A stretch of DNA of 61,839 nt, filler included, from Sphacelaria rigidula (Eukaryota): assembly GCA_964200075.2 (NCBI GenBank). It is 5 parts of 5 records of this genome, joined end to end, with 100 filler letters (N's around TTAATTAATTAA, not from the genome) between each part and the next. Parts side by side here need not be neighbours in the genome. Positions count along the whole stretch, not along the records: positions 24,781 to 37,067 come from CAXNAA020003917.1; positions 37,168 to 49,453 come from CAXNAA020003918.1; 3 more parts are not named here. The stretch is one strand, 5' to 3'. Shown one piece after another: positions 26,533 through 39,579 of the stretch (position 1 is its first letter; each line of letters begins with the position of its first letter). A program made the translations under genes and the position numbers. The notes under the pieces were generated by a model that was not told the origin of the DNA, searched no databases, and saw nothing but the letters and a program-made list of their open reading frames with translations.

Positions 26533-29322
26533 GGGCAATGGCCACAACCAGCCGCCTGGTGGGAGTGCCGGCACTGTTGGCAGGCACCACCATCACCAGG
26601 CCAACGGCGCCAACGCGTACGGCAACAATGATGGGGCCGATGTGGGAGCCGCGGCTGCGGCGGCTCGCGGAGGCGAGGGGGATGAAGCGGCGGCCGCGGG
26701 TCAGGTGGCAAATGATACTGCCGCACCGGATCAAGGATTTCCTGGCGCCGGCGGCGGCGGCGGGCATGGGGGTGCTGGTGGCGGTGGAGGCTTGGCCGGC
26801 GGGGCTGGGGGAGGGGGTGGTGCGGGTGGGTGGGGGGGAGGCGGGGGCGGGATCGGCGCAATTCAAGGGTTTGCAGGAGGGGGAGGGGGTGTTGGTGAAG
26901 CGATTGCGGACGACGGGGCAGAGGCGTTAATGGGTGAGGAATGTCCCAGAGTAAGGTTTTGTGGTGGTGTTGGGTGGTGAGAGAGTGGCAAGAGCTGGAG
27001 GGGCTGCTCCATGTTGAAGCGGGGAAAGCGGACGCGGAGATGAGTCTTGGAGGCCAGGATTTCCGTAATATTTTACCCATTTTGTCGGCTGGTCTTTTTT
27101 TGTCACATGTGCATCGAGTGTCCAAAGCTAAAGATGAAAACTACCCACATAGCATCAGTTCCGGGGATAGAGTTGTCAGGTTGTTAGGGTTGCCATATAG
27201 CTCCGATGTTATGTGTCAAGTTGTTGCGTCTCCGTTACTGATGAGTGGCGTGCGTTGGTATTTCCTATGCCACGTACTACCGACCGATTGGTCTGCGTGT
27301 CTTGCTCTGCGTAACGTTCTACAACGCTAGAGGCTTGCGTAGATTTAGGTTGTTTTTCACACACCCTAGAGTGACATTTTTTCTATTTTTCACACGTTAC
27401 ACGTTACACGTTACACGTTCACGTTCAACACGTCAAGAGTTAAGCCAGGCTGGTACTACGGTGGGGGGTTTCTTGGGAAGCCATGATTTGACTTGACTTT
27501 GAACGGCTCCCTACGGGGCCCCTTGGCCCCCTTCCGTAGTACTAGCCTCGCTTAACTTTTTTGTCGAGCGTAAACGTGTAACGTGTGAAGCCTTGGGTTT
27601 TTTTACCTCCGAAACGCATCACACCGGGTTCTCCAAGAACTTGTGTTGACGGACCTCGACACACTACTGGAGACACCGAGATGATGCCTAGAATAGCCGA
27701 AAATCGATCGCCGGCGGTGTCAGGCCGTCTTATATGGCAACCAATCCGTATTTGTACAAATATAAGGACTTCAGCCCGTCTTCATCCGATTTCCTCCCGT
27801 GGATTGTTTTTCGGACCCCCGTCCCTTGGGCAATGTTTTTCGCGTAGCTCCGAGGAAACCAGACCAATTCTCCGGTTCTCTGAACGGTGATTTTGGTTCA
27901 TTATCTTTCTGCTCAGATTGGGAGACTCCCGCATCTCCCCCAATTTGGGGCCCAGATTCGGGGGGGATGCGGGAGTCTCCCGGATCCGAGCGAAAATGTG
28001 ATGGACCAAAAGTCAACGTTCAGCGATTCAGATAATTGGTCTGTTTTCTTCAGAGCTAGGCGAAAAACATTGCCCAACGGACTGGAGTCCGGAAAACAAT
28101 CCATGGGAGAAAATCGGATGAAAACGGACTGAAATACTCATATTTGTACAAATACGAATTGGCTGCCATACAAGACAGTCTTCGCAAAGTATCTGCGTTG
28201 GATTTCTTTCCTCTGTTGGGCTATGGCATTGTTGTCGTTGGTGAGCAGCATGGCGGATTGTTTTGCTGTGCCCTGTCGCGGCGTCAAGTCTTCTGTGTTG
28301 CGTTGTACTATGTGAAGCTAATAGTTGTGATATACAGAAAACGCCAACACGCGCCCTCCTATCGGTGGTGTTCTGTAGTCCACCGCTCGGTCGCTCGGGG
28401 GTTGAAAACGTTCGGGTGATGAATACTAGGGAAGAATACCTCACATGGGTTCACCCAGACTGGAGGAAAATCGAAGTAAGGGTCAAACATTCATATATGG
28501 GGCGCATGGACAAGGCATGTTTTCAAAGCTACTCGGATCTCCTGTCGGAGTCATGAGCTTCGCGAACCCTGCTCGTATAATCCCACATATGTTTGAATAT
28601 ATATCATTTATTTTCATGGTCTTGATCAACGAGCACAACGGTAGCCTCATATGTGACGGAAGTATATCTATATATATCTATAATATATTTGGGGCCACCG
28701 GCGTGGTTTTGTGTCACGGTATATTGATCAACCTTTTGACCGCGGATATAGGTGGTCTATTGACGGCATCAATTTCATTTCAAAATGATTACTTGGTCAG
28801 ATGACCTACCCTCGCGGTCAAGAGGTTGATGTCATCCTTCTAAACGGTTTATGAGACATCGTCCAGCCTGGAAGATGACTGTAAAAAATGAATAAATGAT
28901 ACGGAACTTTCACGATGATGATTTGACAACAGATATATTATTTTCCTCTTTCCTTCCCATCGTCAGGGCAAGGCGCTGCAGGTGGAGCCGCCGGTGGAGC
29001 CACAGGTGGCGTTGATAACCTCGAAGATGATGACGTAAGCATGGGCGAGGCTATGTCATGGCCGTTTGGACAGGGCGTTGCTGCCGCTGCCGAGCCCCCT
29101 GCACCACCGGCCGCGACGCCCCGTAGGGGGCAGCAATCGAGCGCGGACGGTCGTGCGGTCGGGCAAGGCGTTTCAGCTTCTTCTCTCACGGGATCTGACC
29201 CGTCTGCTCCTGCGTGGGGAATGACTCCACCGTTGTTGTCTGCGGCAGCTGCGGTTGGTGGGGACGTGCCCGAGGCGGGTGAAGCTTCCTCTTCGAATGT
29301 GTTCCCTTTCCAGCAGCAATGA
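25393..29322 (+). CDS. 3' exons of a gene for a Gly/Ala-rich low-complexity protein of unknown function
   Basis: Phase-consistent exons 25393-25502 (tentative, GC donor), 25813-25944, 26371-26933 (poly-Ala/poly-Gly) and 28967-29322 (stop). Confidence 0.65.
27725..28178. mobile_element. Foldback (whole-length palindromic) MITE, ~450 bp, intronic
   Basis: The left arm is the reverse complement of the right arm around a centre at ~27950 (GGGGCCC). Confidence 0.85.
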
Positions 29323-32300
29323 AAATGACGATGATGATGATCATGATGATGCGGTAATTCGTGTATCACGTGCTGACTGCCCCACCCGATTGATGAGTCA
29401 GGTGATGGAGAATACGGATGGGTCGACTCGTTGTTTGAGTCGGATACGTGCTTCTTTTATTTGAACGTTGTTTTTCGCTTTTGTGTGGTGTGGTTGGTGT
29501 TGTGTCCCCTTTGCAGCTATTTCTTGTCTTTTGTCTTTTTGTCGTTCCAGCTTTTTGTTTTTTTTATTCGCTCTTCTCTTGGGAGTTCCAACCGAAATAA
29601 TATAAAGACGAAACAAAATGGGGTGGTATCCTTCAATTTCTCCGATCGTGGACTACTTTCACATTTTGCTCCCATGGGTTTTTTCTTGGGAGAGGTGGGG
29701 AAAATAACCGAGGCAGGCCGCGCGGCGCCGCGTGTGCGCATGCGGGCGTGTGTGCATTTGTGAGTGTTCCAAGTATTTCGTGAGTTGTGTCAGGTATTTG
29801 TGCACGCCCGCGCGGCTGTTTGGTAGTGAATTATCGCGCGCGTGGCGCCTTTTGTTTTCCCTCCAGATTTCCTTTTCTTAGATTTTTGGTATCAACTTGG
29901 CCGAAACGGAGCAAACGGTGGAGTATGGTGTAACGATGGTGCCTTGTAGATCGGGTGTTGCGGTTACTATAGAGGGCGAGGGGGATTGGTTGAGGGGATG
30001 CGTCATATTTCTGCCGTGCCTACCGCGTGGTATTGATGAAACTATCGATGTTCTTGTGTCTTGCGTCCCTACTTCCGATGCCTAACCTTATTTTTTTCAA
30101 CCGTCTATTTTCTGGTGAGGAAGTTGTAGCGTTTTTTGAGTTCGTGGACCACCGACGGTGGTGCTCTGCTCACTACCCTCTATATATTCCCCTTTTGACT
30201 GTACAATGAGAGGGGATCTCGTAGCATTTTCTCGAGATCCATGGAAATTGGCTGGCTATCTCGTTCGCCTCTTGTAGATGTCTCCTCACAGCCCTGCGGG
30301 GTATGTCGGGGGAGATTGTGGGTTGTTTTTCGTCTCCTCACAGCGTACGGTGCACGGGCGGGGGGTGCTGGCGTCAAGCCGACGGCTACTTGTCGTTTGC
30401 CTTGTCTTCCTTTCCATGTGGCCGACTGGTACGTGAAATAGTTTTGCCTGCGCTGTTTGTGCTTTCTGCGGGCTTCTACGTATGCATATGCGTATGCGTA
30501 TGCATGAGAGCGTATGTACGTGCTAATGGCGAATCTATGCCCACATTCTCGCAATGGAGTAAGTACGCATGTATCTCCCGCGTGAAGTGTTCGTTGATCG
30601 GGGTTAGGTTGATGTGTGGATGTGTACTGCGCCTAGGAAAAGGCGGAATGCTGTGGTTGCGCGCACGCCAGTCGAGTATGACGTCATTTTGTAGCGTTGC
30701 CTTATTTTTTTTCTCCTGAGGTTTCAGCCGCTTCGGCGGGGAGGACGATGCTGCAGGAAGGGCAAGGGGAGGTGAAGATCTTTCCTTGACCCAACCGCTC
30801 CACAAGAAGTTCCCAGTGGAGGAGAATGTGGTCGTTGCATGTGCGATGAATTCTGCTGCGAAACGCGCAGTGCACGAGGCGCATCGACTGGGGGTCGGGT
30901 CCGTCGTGTTTTTAAGATGCGGAGCGTGGGCCGCAACTCGTAGCTTGGATGTGCATTGTAAAGGTATACGGCGGAAGGCGACCACGCTTATACATGACTT
31001 ATTTCCGATCGTGGCGAGTTTTTTTTTTTTTTCCTGAAATTCTTCTTCGCTTGCTCCCCTCTTCCTCGCACCCACTGCCATAGGTCGCGCTGTTTTTCCC
31101 GAAGGGGGTACTGCGACACTGATTATGTTTACGCGGATAAAACAGAAAGTACTGCATATCTACTCTATTACTCGGATGACTGTGGCCGCGTGTGGGGGCG
31201 TGCCCTTTACTTGAACATCTTGTTTACCTACAGTGTATTTTGATGGTTATCCTTGAACGTATGAACACAGACAAAACAAACATGAAAAAAACACGAAAAA
31301 CGAATTGATACTGTAGAGGGGGAAAATGATGGGATTTGTAGAGCGGGGGGGGGGGTACAACTGGCGAGATTTACATGTTGGGCGATGTTGCCCTCCCCCC
31401 GTGTGTGGCCGGCCGCCACGAGTTGTGCGCTTGTAGTTCAATTTTTTCATGGATGCATTGGGTCGCTTGACTTCCTTTTCTTTTCCGTCAACAGCGAAGG
31501 CAATCTTCTTTACCGCGTCGTTCATTGGCTTGTGAGCGGCAGCCGACGTTTTCAAATATTGGTTTCTGATGGAAGAGGGTGAAACAGCTGTCATTCGCAA
31601 GTATCACTATGTGCAACACTAATTCATTCATATAGCTCCGGATAGGTGGGGGAAGGGGGCGTACTCATTTGTTGCTTGCCTCACTCGTTTGACCATGGAC
31701 CACACATCCCTTTCGAGACGGGGATCAAGGCGAAAAAGAAAAATTAGGGAAGGGTGGTGTGCACCAGTAGACGTGCTGCAAAGGAGGAAAAAACGTAAAT
31801 TCAGGCGAAGGGGAAATGATGAGTTTTGGCCCAAACGTGAAATCTCATGGAAGGTTCCATTCGGGTAAAGCGGCATCCACAGCGGGGAAGTTTTTCCCCG
31901 ATTTTTCGATGCCTTGACAGTACACGACCACCTTCGGCAAGTGTGAAATCATACGTGTTTGAAAGGAGGAAGCAGTGAGCGTGAAGGAGGGGGGGGGGAG
32001 GTGGTCGGGGATTTGGTTTCAGTACACACGTGTCCATGTTCGTCGTGATGATCCATTGATGCTGTATTTGGTGTTGTTTTACGGATTCTTTGATCCGTTT
32101 TTTTCGGGGGGTTTTTCCGTAGTTGGTACGAAGGGTCCAGCAAGGCAGTGACAATCAAGGAAGTAAGACGGTTGCGTCAACTGCAATGAAAATGAAACTT
32201 TCCGCCTGTCTTCATCATGATGTAGTCCCTGCTACGGTATATTGTGACCCTCTTCATTGTTTTATTTTCACTTGTTACCCTCTCTCCTCCCTCTTCATGT

Positions 32301-32813
32301 CTGGTTGTCGGTCAAGTTGTCGACCTTGCCAGATTATTTAACCACGGGAAAAGTAGGATATTTAGCGGGCTACAGTTACTCGTGTTGAACTGAACGAAAA
32401 TGTGTGAAATACATGACATGCGTGGGGACAAAGATGTGTACAGCATTCCAACTAGCTCAGGGAGAAAAAATGTCTCACTTTCGGCCCTGTCCTACTCGTC
32501 ATACGCCTGCTCATGAACCGGAACGTGAATGATTTTGAAAGACATTCAGCACTTCACCGTAGAATACGATCGACACCGGACCAGAATAAATGTAAGGAAT
32601 CCAAACCGTGCGGAGGAATGAACTACCCCAGGCACACACCACAGGCAAAAAAACATCCGCATCTGTTTCCCCCGGCGCAGCTGCATCCTGTCCTACTCTG
32701 GCCACATCGACCCCCTACTCCAATGGTACATTGCGGTGAGGGCTCGCTCCGTGAGCGACATTATAACCTACGATTTTGAATCACTCAACATCCCGTCCCT
32801 GCCCCGCTGCCTG

Positions 32814-35800
32814 TCATCTCTTTCGGTTGCTAGCCGGTCGCTCCACATTCTGCGCTGCGTCTGCTACCGCAGCATCGGTGGCGCAACGGATAGTGCATCG
32901 GAACGTCTCTTCGTCAGGGCGTACGTCGGCCGCCCGCATATCGTCCAAAAATGCGGTTACTTGCCCAGTTCTCCACCCCTGCGCGCCGCCGCCGCCCCCC
33001 CTCCCGGCCATTGCCATGAGGTACTCACGATCATTTTCGTTTTCTCGGTATGAATGCGTTGTGTCGCTGCTGATGGTGCCACCACCGACGCGGGTTCGCT
33101 GACTCTGACTGAACCACACATCCCGGTTCTCGGCGCCCACGGGAGGGACTCTCTCGTGCGCGGGGGGTGCTGAGGAGGGTGGCGCCTTCCGCAGCATGTT
33201 GAGTACCGTGTTATACATTGTGATGTCCGGTTTCCCAGGCGCACTCGTCCACCTGTCCGCACCGCTGCTGGGGCCGGACAAGTTGCCGAGATCCTTTAAA
33301 AGCTGACGGGATTCCTGCTTGTTTCGTCCATTCATCACCGGACGGCAACACACCGGGGGGCGGGGGGGGGGGTTGTACTCATTTGTTGCATGCCTTAGTT
33401 GTTTGCCCGTTGACCACGCATCCCTTTCGAGACGGAGTACCGTTTGTGACCATCTATTTCCTAGTATAGCCATCGTTTTCTCGCTACTGTCTAATGCATC
33501 AAAACGATTTCATGCCACCTTCGTTCACGTCCCGCATTTTCCCCTCTTGCACGTCCCGCTCCTCCTTTTATAGTTCACACTTTGCCACTCCAGGATTTCT
33601 CCTCTCTATTGCTTTGCCACAGGAGCAGTTCTGTGCATCTACTTCCTCCTCCTCTCGACTGCTGGTGTGTCTCTTCTTTGTGGCAGGTTCGGGTCCCCCA
33701 TCAGAAATCGTCGTTTCATATTTTTCGCATCGTCCATTGGGCCATACAGATATGTTTTCATCCTCACCCCCTACTTCATCCCCCGCATACCCTCGGGTGT
33801 TCTTCCCCATCTACTTCGCGGCTGAGCGCTCCTTTCCCCCTTATTTCGATCATGTCTCTTATTTTTGTTTTGTACCTCGCGCCTTCACCTATGGACAGTA
33901 TTTCATCTTGGTTTCCTCCCATCTCCTCCCATAGCTTCTCGACTTCTTTATCCCACCTTATTCCAGCCTACCATTTCGTCATTTTCTTCCACACAGCCTT
34001 GTCAACCATGACTGGCAGTCTCTTTTTCTGCACGTTCTTCGAGATATATTGCCATCGAGATTTTCTTATTTCTCTGTTTGTTTGAAGTGAATACATTCCC
34101 AACTCTGCTTCCAAAACTGTATTACTCGTCGTTTTCGAGCATCCAAATATTGTCTTAGCTGCTGCCATCTGTACTGTTCCCAACCTCTACACCAACTTCA
34201 CGTTCCCCTCCCATACTTCTTCTGCATATTCCAGCTTTGGTACAGTCATGTTCATCAGGATACATCTCTTAATCCTACTATAATATCTAGGTGCGAGTCT
34301 CTGGGGATCACGTCTATCCTGCATAGATAGGCTTTACCCTTTTATTTTATTTCATCCATGTGTGCATCCCAAGAACAGTTGCTTGATGTCTATACGCTAA
34401 GGTATCTATACTGGTCTATGATCGGCAATGCCTCCTCTCCCGGCTTCCATTTGAATTTTACCGGATTTTTCTCATGTTCGTTGCATACGCGTACCGCACA
34501 TTTGTTCACGTTCGTTGTCACCCTCCATTTCCTAGTGCATTCTAGCGCTGCCCATCTGTTTCTGAAATCCTTCTGGTGTTCCTGATACCCCCACAAAATC
34601 ATGCGCGAACATCAATCCTGATACCATATCTTTACCCACCCTGACTCCTTGCTTTGCTGCTTCTATTGTTACAATCATATCATCAAAATATACGTTGAAT
34701 AAAGCGTTTGATAACGTACATCCTTGCGCAATTCTGTGTAAAATAACAAGATATTCCGATATTTTCCCGTGTAGCATCATGGCACTTCTACAGATTCCGT
34801 CATCTTCTCCATTCTCCACATCTTTCCTCTGACCCCAGTTTCCCACAAGTTTTCCCACAGCCCATTTCTCCATACTGTCATAAGCCTTCTGTACGTCCAG
34901 AAAGAGGGGAGGGCGACGGATATGGCTTCGACTCCCTGTGTTGTACGCCACGGAAGTGGAAGCATACACGTTTCTGATGACAGTAGTAGAAGGCATCATT
35001 CAAACTGTGTGCAGTACAGCAGTATCCACCGGAATCAACAACCACGCGCGCAAGACGCTCAGATGCCCTGCCGTGATATATCCCTGCATCCACTGTGCTT
35101 TGTTTGCTTCTGTTGACTCTTAATTATTTTATTTTTCTTCACGTCCTAGTCTACGATGTCGTTCTGTTTGACTTTTTCTCTTCCTCCCTTTTCAGCTCAG
35201 CGAGTGAGTGTTCAAATTTTGTCTTGTCTCGGGTCACGTATACCATTTGACCACGGCTGGATCCCTGGGAGGGTCAGTTCAAGTGCGACAATCGATCAAT
35301 CCAATCAACCAAACTGCGGAAGCGACTAAACCATGACTTGCACCGAAGAACGACGCGTACTCGTATCACCAACACTACCAAGGGTCGGACAAAGCAGTGA
35401 TTCGTTTGGAAATGACTTGGTTTTGGTGTAATTGATTCGAATCGTACGAATCAATCAACCCCCCTCGGCTTTGTTTCCAGCGTTGCAACCCAGGTACACG
35501 CAGCCCAGACACGGGGAACGGCGCAAAAATTGCGTGGATACCCCTTGGACCAGCGGTCAACTCTTTTCTCCCTTTTGGGCAATCACGCCGAAGAAATCGT
35601 AAATTTGGTGACTGTGGGTCGTGACGGTTTGTCCTCAACGTGCAGCTTTGCCCACATCGAATACGCCATACTGCGCGAGCTGAGGGAGCGTTAATGGGGT
35701 AAGTGGGTGATCCGAACGTATACTCAACCTGGATAATCGCATATGGATATTTTACTCGCTATTTGTATAGATCAAATGGACACCCCGGCGCAAGGGTTTT

Positions 35801-36268
35801 GGTGATTCGAACCCGTGATGATTCGTCCTAACCGTGAAAACCACATACCTCCCATCGTCCAGCCTTCGCACACTCCGCAAGCACAACTTCAACACAAGAC
35901 GGATCTGGCCCCAGCCCCTCACACGCGACCACATCCAAAAGCAACAACGCCTGGCGCCATCGGGGCTTCCTCCCGTGCAGTGCTCCTTGACCCGTCGTCG
36001 CCTCCCACGGCTCCCGTTGCCCGCCCCCGCTCTCCTTCCCCTCCCACTTTCCGATCGGCTCGGTCAACATGGCAGATATCGTTTTGCCGTTGGGGCGCAG
36101 GTCGCGAGACATCATTTCCATCAGAAACAGACGAGCGAGCCCCTGCTCTCCACCCATCCGACATGCAGTGATGCAGGCGTTGTATGAGAACGTGTCCGGG
36201 GCGGGCGGGCGTGTGGCGGCACCGGTGAAGGCAGATTCGACAGTGGTATGGGACACTGGCGGGATAGC
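32814..36268 (-). CDS. Pentatricopeptide-repeat (PPR) protein, 3' part
   Basis: Exon 36268-35849 (PDTFSYNACITAC, WRQALLLL, ECAKAGRWE|GTATGT) joins in phase 0 to exon 33314-32814 (ESRQLLKDL, PDITMYNTVL, MRAADVRPDEETF). The junction gives a typical GRWEE..LL PPR helix. Confidence 0.75.
33500..34905 (-). mobile_element. Decayed 5'-truncated LINE reverse-transcriptase fragment in the PPR intron
   Basis: FLDVQKAYD, QGCTLS..LFNVY, GLMFAHDFVG (FADD-like), YRYL and C-terminal 'AAKTIFGC..TSN' pieces across frameshifts. Confidence 0.85.
35240..35310 (+). repeat. Retroposon-like 3' end with a (CAAT)n tail; second copy at 49803-49868
   Basis: GACCACGGCTGGA...GGGTCAGTT.AAGTGCGACAATC(AATC)n at both places, each preceded by T-rich sequence. 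Confidence 0.65.
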
Positions 36269-36309
36269 CTGTGAGTCGAGGAGATGAGCAACAAGGAGCG
36301 CGCGCCGGG

Positions 36310-37067
36310 GGGGAGGGGGGGAGGGGGGGAGGGGGTGGCGTACTCATTTGTTGTTTGCCTTAGTCGTTTGACCATTGACCACGCATCCTTTTCGAGACGG
36401 GGCACAGGGGGCGGGGGGGGGTACTCATGATCTTGCATACCGTAGTCATATGACTATTGACCACGCATCCCTACAAAAGCCGGGACGGAGCACGCCGGGT
36501 TTTCGCCGGGCCAGGCTCGCAATCAATCACTAAGCGCGAAGCACCGTCATGTGGTTGGCGAGTCGCATGATGGGTGACCTCCATCCTGCTGAGATTGTTC
36601 GGCTCGAAGCACGTACTGATTGTCTTGCATTCGGATGACAGCCTAGAATGAAATGCTTCATTTTGGTGCCGCCACTTCCAGCGACAGCCACGGCTTACAC
36701 ACTGCCTCATGGCTGTCTCACCATGTAAACACTACGTACTGAAGTGCGTTCATCCCCTTAGCGCGAAATTGAGGTTCTCCCACCCAACACAATATGATCT
36801 AGCTCGACCACCATCATGGTTGTCGTAAAAAAAGCGCAAGCGCACAAAAAACCGGTAACCTGATTGCCTAGCGTACGCAGTGAGAGGTGTATTTTACGGC
36901 GTCATCGCCAACCGACGCCAACTCCCCATGGGGGGCGTGCTCATTTGCTACTTGCGGTAGTCGTTTGACCATTGACCACGCATCCCTCCGAAGTCGGGAC
37001 GGAGCACTGCCTCGCAAGGGATGGGGGGGGGGGGGGCGTACTCATTCGTTGCTTGCCTTAGTCATTT
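36310..37067 (-). repeat. Cluster of repeat family A and its ~70-bp 3' module
   Basis: Reverse complement of about 15395-15910, plus short modules at ~36335, ~36935 and ~37035. The same module occurs at 24615-24680, 31655-31722, 33370-33437 and 50400-50468. Confidence 0.85.
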
Positions 37068-37167
37068 NNNNNNNNNNNNNNNNNNNNNNNNNNNNNNNNN
37101 NNNNNNNNNNNTTAATTAATTAANNNNNNNNNNNNNNNNNNNNNNNNNNNNNNNNNNNNNNNNNNNN
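37068..37167. other. Artificial 100-nt contig spacer
   Basis: N44-TTAATTAATTAA-N44. Confidence 0.99.
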
Positions 37168-38322
37168 GGGGGGGGGGGTGGGTGCCGTTGGTTCCCGATA
37201 TGGGGCCCCTCGGTTCGGAAGGCACGAAGCGGCACTTGACTCCTGCCTTACAGACGATCACGCCAGATGCTACCAGTTCACAGAACCGTGCAAACTCCAC
37301 ACACCTCATTCTCAGCTACCACCGCATCCCTGTAGCATAGACCACGAGTAAACACAGGGATGGATATGCTCCAGTAGTTTGGTATGCTTTTTTTTTTTTG
37401 TTGGCAAAAACTTCAGTATCTTCTTTCGTTGTAGGGATCACCGACGGAGCTGCGTGGTGAGGTGGGCAACCGGCTTGCGTGCACGCTCACGGGCAGTGCA
37501 GGCAGTACAAAGCTGCACGTTGTCCAAGTCCTTTTCACGTCGCATTGTAAGCAGAGAGAACAGCTAGTCCTGCTCTGTCTGTACTGCACGTGGCCCGCTT
37601 CTCTTTCACATTCTACTGTTGGAAACAAGCACACACACACACAGACACACGGCATGCAAACAGTGTTGACAGTACGGACTGTCTGTACTGTACACAACGA
37701 ACCAAGTACGGTTTCATGGATTTCACTGCCTTTTTTCGATCGAAAGTTTGAAAATTCGCTGGACTCAACTTGACATGAGTGAGTGCATTTCGCTCATATC
37801 AATTCCACCGCCCCTTTTTTTCGATCGAAATAAAATGTGCCAAGACACGCCCTGAGATACACCTTGGCTGTACTTACAACCCCACCCCCCTCATCACTAC
37901 CCAGCTGGTGGAAGCGAAACAACTTTCGGTATTTTTCGGTGATTGGCGGGACAATTGACATTGCATCACTTTCCGTTGCTGTTCAACCCATGTTTTTGGC
38001 TGAGGTGAAACGTGCTCTGACCCAACCCTCCTTCCGCCGGGTTCGATACTGTAAAGACTTCGCCCTAACCCGTCGCCAAATTCTATCATACTCTGGTGTT
38101 GCTCAGAAAATGACGAGTAAAAGAAAAATCCCGACCAACCATCCAGCAAGTCGTGTATTTATAGTCAACAAAACATGTGGCCTACCGTCCTTCCTTTGTG
38201 CTTGCCCTCTGGTGACTTCCTTGGATAAATCCCTGCTGCGGCAACAAACTACTCACGTGGATTGGACGGCTACTCCCCAACGGCGGGCCTACACAAAAAA
38301 ATCTCGGTCTTGACCGTCACAG

Positions 38323-39511
38323 ATACCCCAGACTTGCAGGGTGAGTGGGTTGCACTTGTACGGCGCATTGCTCCTCGTAAGGCACTGTCGTATAGTCAAA
38401 TGGCCCCAGTCATGATCATTCACAGATGCGATCCCATAATTATGGTTTCAGCCATTGTTTTCGCTGTTTTTTGTCCAAAAGTGTGATTTTCTACCAGGGA
38501 GGAGGGGCGGGGGTATGTGTCGGTGGTTGAACGTCTTACTGTGGTTCGATTTGAAGGTAGCTGTGCAATAGATCGGTAGGGAGAGCGGGAAGGACGGTGC
38601 CCCGCGACTCCTTCTTGTGCTCTCCCGTCGTGCAGGCGTCGTACATTCGAGGTTATCGAAACCGAGGCGACTCCATAGGTCGTATGCTTCGCGTTCCAAA
38701 GCGGCAAAATATCCCACTCCTGTAAAGGACCCTTGCAACCATCTGGTCTGGTATCGTGGGCCATAGGGACTGTGTTGCGCATGCCACTTGGGTTGAGCAT
38801 AGCTTGGTTAAGCACCGATATCGAAACCTCTCGCACTGCTCGCCGCACATGTTTTCGTCTGAAATACTGGCTTGTCTGTCTATGTGTTGGGTGCGTCGTG
38901 CTCGTAGTTCTGATTTACGACCTAGCGAAGCGTCACTTGGTGGAGGTGCTCAAGTACCCGCCGGGGCTGAGCAACTTGTGCTACGACAAAGAGTTCGCGA
39001 TCATGGTGAGGCAGCATATTTATGTTGGCAATTGAGTCTACAGTGAAGTGCCATGATCTCCACTGTTGTGTTGTTTTCATCGTCTCCGTGTGCCAGGACA
39101 CTTACTATTGCCCCTTGTCTTCCGCGACGGAACCTTTTGTTGCTGTGTGAGTGTGCCGTGTGCCTGTCTTCCCTTCCTGCCTCTAGCGTATCTCTCTGTT
39201 TCTGTTTAGTTTAGTTGCGCAAACGTATGACTTCTGTAGTCAGCCGTTGGTTTGTTGGTACATGTTTTCGTCGATCGCATGATTGCCGCGGTCTGACGAC
39301 CACTCCGCGCTTGTCACGCGGTGCGCTCGTCTCGAAAACAAATGCCAACTGCTACAACAGGGGTTGACTGTCGATATGGAGAAAGGCCTTCTGTGCAAGC
39401 TATCGTATATCAACCGTATGTCCACACCGGTACTTCGCGGAAGGACCCAGCTCTCACGGGACGAAATAAAGGTAAAACACGCGAGGAATACAGTTGTGGA
39501 ACGTAGCATGC

Positions 39512-39579
<68 letters not shown>

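Noticed and set aside
25854-27125. Long ORFs 25854-26930 (+), 26132-26866 (-) and 26394-27125 (-)
   Set aside because: Shadow frames of a GC-rich Gly/Ala exon. Only the 26371-26933 frame has matching splice phases.
30476-31081. 201-aa minus-strand ORF
   Set aside because: No recognisable motif or supported splice pattern.
35460-35680. Possible additional PPR-gene exon on the minus strand
   Set aside because: The phase-0 frame hits a stop after 14 codons, and the flanking exons already join into a good PPR motif.
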